21,318 nucleotides of DNA. Source: Mesotaenium endlicherianum (lineage: Eukaryota). The notes beneath the pieces were generated by a model. It made no database searches. It saw only the letters and a list, made by a program, of their open reading frames with translations, and was not told the DNA's origin. A program made the position numbers and the translations under genes. The DNA is taken from contig WELA01003449.1 of assembly GCA_009602735.1 (NCBI GenBank), forward strand, positions 180,948-202,265, in the 5' to 3' direction. How positions within the stretch are numbered: the stretch's first letter is position 1; each line of letters starts with the position of its first letter. Shown here piece by piece: positions 9,622 to 18,871 of the stretch.

Positions 9622-11582
9622 TGCGCATGCGTGTGGTGTCTTTCTTTTTTCTATGGGGAAGCCGGGATGGAGGTACGAGGGAGGAGGAAAGGGGAGAGAT
9701 GACACATTTGTGTGCGTGTGTGTGTGCGTGTGCACGCACGCGTGCGCGTGCGTGTGGGTGTGTACGTGCACGCGCGCATGCCTGTGTACTCGTGCCGTCT
9801 CACTCGCATAGCCTGATTGAGTGCACCTGCTTCTGCACGTGTGGGCCTCGGGTGGCTGGCGGGCGGGCGGCGGGCGGGCGGGCGGCAGTGTCGGTGGAGC
9901 GCGTTCTGAGCATCGTGTGTCAGCCGCAGGCCGTCTTCCGCATCCGCCCCGTCACACGCTGCTCCGCCTCCATCCCTGGTGCGTTGCTCTCTCACTCTCA
10001 CTCTCTTCCTCTCTCTCTCTCCTCTCTCTTCCTCTCTTTTTCTCTCTCTCCTCACAGAGCTCAGGATCCCCCTCAACCCTAACTAATTTTTAAGCCGTGC
10101 GAAGCTATATCTTAGCCCCCCAGCCTCTTCTCCAGCCTATGTATCGCTATCTCTCAACCTCCCCTTTTTTCCTTTCCCCCCCCTCCCCCTTCCCCCCTTC
10201 CCCCACCCCTCCCTTCCCTCCTCCCTCCTCTTTCCCTGTTACTTCCGCCAGCCCTCCCTGAGGAGGGGGCGTCTGTGCTGGCGGGTACTGCTGGCAAGGA
10301 GGTGCTGGTGCCACCTGGCAAGGGGAGACGAGGGTCAGCAGCTCTTGTGCGTTTGCTTTGGCCTTTGAGCCGTCGCCACGCGGCATGCGACGGCACGCAG
10401 CTGTAGGAGTGCGCAGATTCACGCTCTGGTTGATGTCCTGATGTACTTTGCTGTCCGTGCGCAAGCAACACCCTCTGGGAGGGAGCTCTCTCCCATTGTG
10501 CTGGCCCTGCATTGGAGAGCACGTGTCCCCTCTGGAAGCCGCGTGTCTCCTGCGGAGACTGCACGCCCCTTGTGGAAATCGCATGTCTCCTGTGGAACCG
10601 CACGTCCCTTGTGGAATTGCGCGTCTCCTGTGGAGGCTGCACGTCCCTCGTGGAGATTGCGTTCCCCCTCAAAGACTTGACTGCCCCCCTGCGGAATGTG
10701 TGCGTTCCTTGCAGAGACTGTGCGCCCCCAAAGGCCCCAAGCCGTCGTGTGTACCCAAAGTGTGTCCAATTTGGGGCGGGATTTTTGCGTGTCCCCCCTC
10801 ACTGTTGATGCTTCCAGGTGTCGCTTTGCTACTGAGAGCTTTCCCACAGAAGGGCTTTTCCACAGGCGAGGAAGGGCTTGCCTGTGAGAGCACGACGCTT
10901 GCAGCTCTCGTCCCGCGCCTCCCTTGTCTCTTTTGCTGTTGTATTCCGGAAGATATGCTTCCTCACAGAGGCACGCTCTCGTCCTCACATTCATCTCTTT
11001 CACTTGTCTCTCCTCTCCCTCGCTCCTTCGTTCTCTCCTTCCGTCCCTCCCTCCCTATCTCTCCCTGTCCCTCTCTGCCCTCCTGCGCTCTCCTCTGCGG
11101 GCTGCAGGCCACTCGGAGGCCGTGCTGTCGGTCGCCTTCAGCCCGGACGGCCGCCAGCTGGCGAGCGGGTCGGGCGACACGACGGTGAGGATGTGGGACA
11201 TCCACACGCAGACCCCCTTCCTCACGTGCATAGGTACCCCTTTCTTTTTCGAAACAATCATTCTCGAGCCCTTACCCCTCCACCTCTGTCCTGTGATATC
11301 GCCTTGCTTCTCTCGCTCTCCTCTTCGTCTTGCCACCTCCCTGGAGCGTGCGTTAGCTCCAGCTCACTGCCTCTCTCGCTGTCTTCCTCCCTCCCCCCCC
11401 TTTCCTCCCCCGCCTCCTCCTCCACCTCCTCCCCAGGCCCCTTCATCTCTTCTGTCTGCAAGAAGTCAGCGGTGGCGTCTGTACTCGGGGGCAAAGCCTC
11501 ACGTGCGTGTGCATGCATGCGGACTCAGGTGCATGCATCTGTGCGCTTGGTGTGCACATGCGCGTGTGTGTGTGTGTGTGCA

Positions 11583-11614
<32 letters not shown>

Positions 11615-14069
11615 TATGTATGTTGTAGGATGCAGAGGTGGATGTGTGCCTGAAGATGCATGTGTGTCGACGATTGCTCCATTTGAGGCGGAGGTTTCTG
11701 TGTGCACATGCGTGCGTGCCTGTGTGTGTGTGTGTGTGTGCGTGCACGCTCGCGCGCGGCTGCGCTTATGTCTTTGTGTTTGTGAGATTTTTGTGCATGT
11801 GCACGCATATTTGCACGGCGTTGGCCAATGTGCCGCCCGGGAGTGTGATATCAACACTTATTGCGACGTGCTCGACATGTTGCGCTCCCTTTTGCCGCCT
11901 CTGGGCTCCAGTGAGCGCCAATCAATTCAGGGCATCATGTGTGTATGCGTGCATGTGCATGCGTGCTTTTGCATGCATGAGTACTTGCATGCATGTGTGT
12001 GCATGCATGTGTGCTTGGATTCTTGCGTGAATGCATGCGTGCAAATGCATCTTCCAAAGAGCCCCATTGGCCGAGCTGACCTGGCCGCACGAGAGCGTGC
12101 CACTTGTCGTCGTGTCGACGTGGCCCCGCAGGCCACACGAACTGGGTGCTGTGCATCGCGTGGTCGCCCGACGGCCGCCAGCTGGCGAGCGGGAGCATGG
12201 ACAACGACGTGCGCATCTGGGACCCGTCCTCCAAGCAGCCCTCGGGATTCGCCCTCAAGGTACAGTCAGCACACATTCAGCGCACAGTCAGCGCCAAGTC
12301 AGCGCACAGTCAGTGTCAGTCAGCCATAAAGAGCGCACGGCCATGCACAGCCACTGCACTGACAGGGCAAACTCAGTGCACAGTCAGCGCACAGTCAGCG
12401 CACAGTCAGCCCACAGCCAGCACACAGGCAGCCTCGGGAGACTAAGTACTTATGCCCCTGGAGCAGGGAGGGGACCACGGTGGGCGGTATGACGAGGGGG
12501 TGCACGTGTGCTGTCATTGCCACGCATAAGCTGCAGCTTCCCTTGTAAAGCAGGAGGGGCCAGCTGTCCCTCCCCATCCCCTTATGGCGCCATGTGGAGT
12601 GGGCATGTGCTTACATCGTACTTCCATTCCCGCTAGATCTACCCCGCATGGACCTCGAGTTGTACGCATTGTTCGCTCCCAAGGGTTTGTCTCTTCTTTT
12701 CCTCTCAGGAAACCCTAAAGCAGGGCTGCAACTTTTCCCCGCTGAAATCCTTCAGCAAGGTTCTCTCCCCCCAGGCCTCCTGCCGAAGCGCCACGTGTCA
12801 ACATTCCTTTGTCGTCGTCTTTGTCTGTGTCTTCAGTGGATAGAAGGGCAAGGCACGCGTTCCCAACAGTGCAGGCAGGGATGCACATGTGCGTTTTTAA
12901 TATTTTAATTCAATTATATTTTTGGGGGGAGGGGGGGTAAAATATATGCAGGGGCACAAGAAGTGGATCACGTCGATCGCTTGGGAGCCCGCACACCTGG
13001 CGGCGCCGTGTCGCCGCCTCGCCAGCGCCAGCAAGGACGGCGACATCAGGATCTGGGACATCGTCCTGCGCAAGACTGTGCTGTGCCTGACGGGGCACAC
13101 CCTGGCGGTGACATGTGTCAAGTGGGGAGGCGATGGGCTTCTATACACTGGGTGGGCTGCTGCTCTCATCTGTTAAACCCTTAACACCCCTTCTCTTATC
13201 ACCTCTCCCCCATTCCCCCTTGCCCCCGCTCCTCCCGGCCTTCAGAACATAAGAAGAGAGAGATCGCCAACCCTGCATGAGCGTTTCTCTCTAGCTTTGA
13301 GGGACTTGTGAGGGCAAATGACTTGCTGAATATCATCTCGACCCGTACGCGTGCGCAGAAAGGGAGGGTGTTGAAATGGGGGGTTCGTAGGCCACACGTT
13401 ATGGACATCTGAAGTGGCATGAGTGGGGGGATGGGGCGGCGTCTGTGGGTGTGTGTGTGGGCATCAATCATGCACTTGTGCAAGCGTGTGCATACAATCC
13501 CACGTGCCCTCCCCCCCCCCTCCCCCCCCCCGGAGGCGCGCGGGCGCGCACGTACACGCATAGAGAAGAAGATGGACAGGCACGCATACGTGTACGCGTT
13601 CGCACACATATATACATATATGTACGAGTGCACATGTGCATTCTTTCTGGATACTTCTGTGCTCGAAGATTGAATGCATTACGGCCCGTGCTGCTTACAC
13701 ATGATGTGCTCGTCCACCGCTACAACGCACACGTGCCAACGCCTTTGCACGCGTGGAAGGGGCCAGGTCAGCGGAACTCAAGCAGCGGGTGAGCAGTGAG
13801 TGCGTCCCCCCTTGTTGCTGACCCACACATTGCCAAGTGGAAGGTGCTCAGCTGCAAATGGACCCGTAAATAATGCACCAGCATGCGTCTTTGCTGAAGT
13901 CTCCTCACAGCCCTGCGGGCATTCAGGTCGCTCTGTGTGCTTCCCCCCGGGCCTCCATCTGCCCTTCCCCTCCCCCTCTCCCGCTGTCTCAACGTTAGTG
14001 CGTGTGTGTGCGTGTGGGTGGGTGTGGGTGCATTTGCGTGTGCGTGTGCGCGTGTGTGTGTGCGTGTGC

Positions 14070-14118
<49 letters not shown>

Positions 14119-17100
14119 TGCGTGTGTGTTTGTATGCGTGCGTGTGTGTCTTTGTGTGCGTGCTTGTGTGCGCGGGTGCGTGTGCGTGTCTCTGCTACGG
14201 AACGGACATGTGGCGCAGCTCGAGAGACTGCACCATCAAGGTGTGGGAGACGAGCACCGGCAAGCTAGTGCGGGAGCTCAAGGTAGGTCCACATTCTTCC
14301 CTCCTTCCCTCTTTCCCTCTCTCTCCACTTATTCCTTCGCCCCCTCCCCCTCCCCCTCTTCCTCCCACTACGCCACTGGCAGCGTGAGACCACTGGATCA
14401 CTGGAGCTGTTCCCACCTCTCTCTCTGGTGGCAGCCGGAATATAGCGTGTGGGATGGTGCAGAAGAGTAGAGCACTGATTGGGCGAGGTCAGCTGTGGCT
14501 TAGCCCTGCTAACCTTTCTCCTCCCCAAACACGAAAGCAGATACCTACCCCCCCCCCCCCCCCCCCCCCNNNNNNNNNNNNNNNNNNNNNNNNNNNNNNN
14601 NNNNNNNNNNNNNNNNNNNNNNNNNNNNNNNNNNNNNNNNNNNNNNNNNNNNNNNNNNNNNNNNNNNNNNNNNNNNNNNNNNNNNGGGGGGGGGTGGGGG
14701 GGTGGGGGCAGGGCCACGGGCACTGGGTGAACAGCCTGGCGTTGAGCACAGAGCACGTGCTGCGCACGGGCCCCTTTGACCACACGGGGGCGCCGCACGC
14801 CTCCCCTGAAGCTATCATGCAGGTGCGCAACGCATTTGCCTCTTGGCTGACTCTTGACTGTAAGAGAGTGTGAGTGATTGGTTTCTGTTGGTGGAGGAAA
14901 AAAGGGAGGGCGGAAAAGGGTGGGGGGGGGAGGCGGGGGACAGCAGGTGCGTTTGTGTTGTCGCGGCCTGTGCGCCTCTATCTCCCTCTCTTGCCTGCAT
15001 GAGTTGGAGCGTGCACGCCTGTGCGCATGTGTGCGCGTGCCGATGTGTGCATGCGCGAGTGGGCTGAATGTGTGGGCCAGCATAAACACCCGTATGACTT
15101 TCTGTTGTGTTGTCTGTTGACATCTCTGTGCCTCTTAGAGTGAATGCCTGCCAGGCTTGTCCCAGAAGCTCAACCCGGGGGCAAGGGTCTCGCACACCGC
15201 TCGTGCCAATTGTCATTCTCACGAGTGTGCAATTCCATAAATGCGACGTGCGTTTGTGTCTGCCATCCGTGCGTGTGTGTGCATTTGAGTCTGCATGTGC
15301 GCCTCTGCATGTGCCCATGTGTGCGTGTGCGCATGTGTTTGTGTGTGTGCTAATTTGTGTGCTTGCATGCGTGTGCTCTTGTGCGTGTGCGTGTGCGTGC
15401 GTGGGCTCGTGGGTGTGTGCCTGTGCGTGCGTGCGTGCGTGTGTGGGCGTGTGGGCGTGCGTGTGTGTGTCTGAGAGGCGCCAGGCAGCCAAGGTGCGAT
15501 ACGAGGCCGCAAAGGGAGCCGGAGCGGAGCGCTTGGTGTCGGGCTCTGACGACTTCACCATGTTCCTATGGGAGCCAGCTGTCAGCAAGCTGCCCAAGGC
15601 CCGCATGACTGGCCACCAGCAGGTGTGTGTGTGTGTGTGTCAGGGTGTGTTGTGTGTGTGTATGTGTTGCGGTGTGTGTGTGAGAGAAAGAAAGACAGAG
15701 AGAGGAAGAGCGAGATAGCGCTCATGCGTACTGTGTGCGTGCATGCATGCATGCATGTGTGTGTGTGTATGTGTGTGTCTGTGTGCTGCCTGCAGCCTGG
15801 CCTAAGCGCTGCCTCTCACTCCGGTGCCCGCGAGCGATGCGTTTTACCGCCCAGTCTTTGCCTGACATTAAATCTGCAAGAGAGGCTTCCTCTGACTGGT
15901 GAGGTGTTAGAGTCGGGCGGAGCAAGTGTCCCAGGAGGTGGAGCAGCCAGAGGGGGCTGATGTGGGCTGCTTGTATGCATGCTGGGGAGTGCTTGCGTTG
16001 CGCCCAAATCTTTGTATCGTCCTGCGCGCACATCATTTAAGGGGGCCCTTTTCCTGCCAGGTGGAGTAGAGGGAAAAGGGAGAGGGGGGGGGGGGGGCAA
16101 CCCGTACCTCTGCAGCCCCCCCAAGAAGTGACACCCCCTCTCCCGCTCTCTCTCTTGTGTTCTCTTGTGATGCATGCTTGCAAGCATGCAGTAGGCACTA
16201 GAGGGGGGGAGGGGTGGTTCTGATGGGCCATCCGCTCCGAGTTTGCTGCTTTTGCCTCCTGCCCTGCCCTCTTCTTCCCTGCCCTGCCTCCTCTCGAGCA
16301 CTGCCGGCACTTGGAGGCGCGCCACACACGTGCGAGCGCTCAGATGACGAGAAGCGGCGACTTGGCAATCCCCGTGTGCTGCCGGTCGCATTCATCATTG
16401 CCACTGAGTGTGCAGAGTCAGATTCTTTGTGCTGGCGCCCCCTGCGCTCCCGGGGCGTCGTCCTTGGCGAGGAAAGGGGCTCTTTTCTGACTGAGACAAT
16501 GACTGCTACAGGCTCGCTCGCCCCTGCCCTGCTGCACCTGCGCCCACGTCTGTGCCATGCCTGGCCTCCCCCTTACCCCCCCCTCGCCCTCCCCTCCTCC
16601 TCCCACCCCCTACCCCTAGCACCCAAGTATGCTTCTCTCGTTGACAGAAGCTGAACTGGGTCATTGCTGAGCTGGCATCTTTTGCTTGTGGCAGCGACTC
16701 CTCTGCTCCCCCCTCTGCTTCCTCCAGCCCCAGCCGCCTCATACTTCAATTTTTGTTTCTCCCTCTCCTGCACGTCGTATGGCATTGCTCCTTTCTTCCT
16801 CTCCCCTCCCCTTCCCTCCCCTCTCCTCCCCTTTCTTCCTCTTCTTTCCTCTCTCCTCTTCTCCCTTCCCATCCCCCCCCCTCCCTCTGCTCTCCTGTCC
16901 GGCCGGCCACCCGCCCCTCCTGCCTCTCTCGCTTCTGCTGCTCCCGCCCCCNNNNNNNNNNNNNNNNNNNNNNNNNNNNNNNNNNNNNNNNNNNNNNNNN
17001 NNNNNNNNNNNNNNNNNNNNNNNNNNNNNNNNNNNNNNNNNNNNNNNNNNNNNNNNNNNNNNNNNNNNNNNNNNNNNNNNNNNNNNNNNNNNNNNNNNNN

Positions 17101-18810
17101 NNNNNNNNNNNNNNNNNNNNNNNNNNNNNNNNNNNNNNNNNNNNNNNNNNNNNNNNNNNNNNNNNNNNNNNNNNNNNNNNNNNNNNNNNNNNNNNNNNNN
17201 NNNNNNNNNNNNNNNNNNNNNNNNNNNNNNNNNNNNNNNNNNNNNNNNNNNNNNNNNNNNNNNNNNNNNNNNNNNNNNNNNNNNNNNNNNNNNNNNNNNN
17301 NNNNNNNNNNNNNNNNNNNNNNNNNNNNNNNNNNNNNNNCCCACCCTCCCTCTGCATCCCTTCGCCCCCCGCCTCTCCTCCCCCCTTCTTCTAGGAAGCG
17401 TTTTCTTTTCTCTGGTTGGTTCCTCACTTCCCGCTGCTCCCTAGCGCTCGTCTGAGGCACCAGCCCCAGTACGGTAGCCGCAGCAAACCAGACTTGTGCG
17501 CCGTCGTTGACCTGTCTGCTGCCGGCGAATTTCTTCTCCTGAGCCCTAGTGTACGAGAGCTGCCCTTTTTGGGGGCAGGGGCGAGGGTAGAGGCAGGGGC
17601 AGGCAGCCCGTTTCACTCAACGAGTGGTGAGCCCTCTCTCTCTCTCTCTCTCTGTCTCTCTCTGCCTCTGCCTCTGTATCTTGCGCGGGCTGGGCGCTTA
17701 CATAGCATCATTGCTTCCCCCCCCTGCTTGTGCGAGGGGGCACTTCCAAGGGGACACTTCTCACCTTCAACAACAGCCCCCCATGGAGCAGGCGCCTTCC
17801 ACTACTTCCATAGCCCGTTGTGCGAGTACAAATGCTGCTGAGTTTATTCTTCATGGCTGCTGCAATCACCCCCGGGACCTCGCAGCATGCGAGGCACTGC
17901 TCTGGAGCCTAATCCTCGCTATCCCGTGGGGCTGGTTTCGCTCTCGTGCGTGGGCGTGGTCGTGGGCTTGGACGTGTGCGTGGGTGTGTTGTGCGTGCAC
18001 GTGTGGGTGCGTGCGTGTGGCGGCGTGGGTGGGCATGGGTATGGGTGTGTGCGTGCCTGCGTGGGCGCGTGCGTGTGCCTGTTTATGCTTTTGTGTGTGG
18101 ACAAGCAGCTGGTCCTCCGACAGCCGGCTGCTAGTGAGTGGCAGCAAAGACAGCACTCTGAAGGTACGCGCCCCCTTGTTGACCCTCTGTTGAGTTTCTC
18201 CCACCCCTGTGAGAGGGGGTGGTATGTGAGTCTCAGCAAGCTTGTGGCAAACGGGGGCGCTCTGATGCGTGCAGAAGAAACCTTGGGAAGGGCAGGGGAG
18301 AGGAGCATAGAGAGTGTGTGTTCGAGATTGTGCTGACTCACCCTTTGTATGTTGTCACTTGTGGGGCTTTGTGTGTATTTGTGAGTGTGTGTCTGCGTGC
18401 GTGCGTGCGCGTGCGTGCGTGCGTACGCGCGCGTGTGGTCATTGTGCTGTTCTGAAAAGGCGTGACAATGGTAGACTTGCTGCATTCACTTTGGACCAAG
18501 TTTTAAGTAACGCCACACGCAGCCAAGTGGAGGCCTCCATCCCCAAAGTTGTTGGAAGAGTCAATGGCATCAAACACTGTAGTGTGCTTGTTGCAGTGCC
18601 GTTTGGGGGGGGGGGGTCTTGTCTGACAGGACTAGGCTCACGCGCATTGGCTGACTGTAGCTAATTTGTACCCCATCTGCCTGCATGCATGTGCATTGTT
18701 TTTTGGTGCGCTTTCGTCCGGCTGCAGGTGTGGGACATGAGGACAAGAAAAATCAAGGAGGACTTGCCTGGGCATGCTGACGAGGTGCGTGAATGAGCAT
18801 GTGCGCGCGC

Positions 18811-18871
<61 letters not shown>

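Noticed and set aside
10514..10728. CRISPR-like array
   Set aside because: Units are contiguous and degenerate with no unique spacers; eukaryotic intron context with no cas genes.
10878..12329. 483-aa ORF and the many CVCV/HTHT/SLSL/ERER ORFs
   Set aside because: They are translations of stop-poor microsatellites in NLE1 introns and cross true exons in the wrong frame.
16573..17616. ORFs of 200-347 aa across the large gap
   Set aside because: Their length comes from N residues and low-complexity CT/GA flanks.
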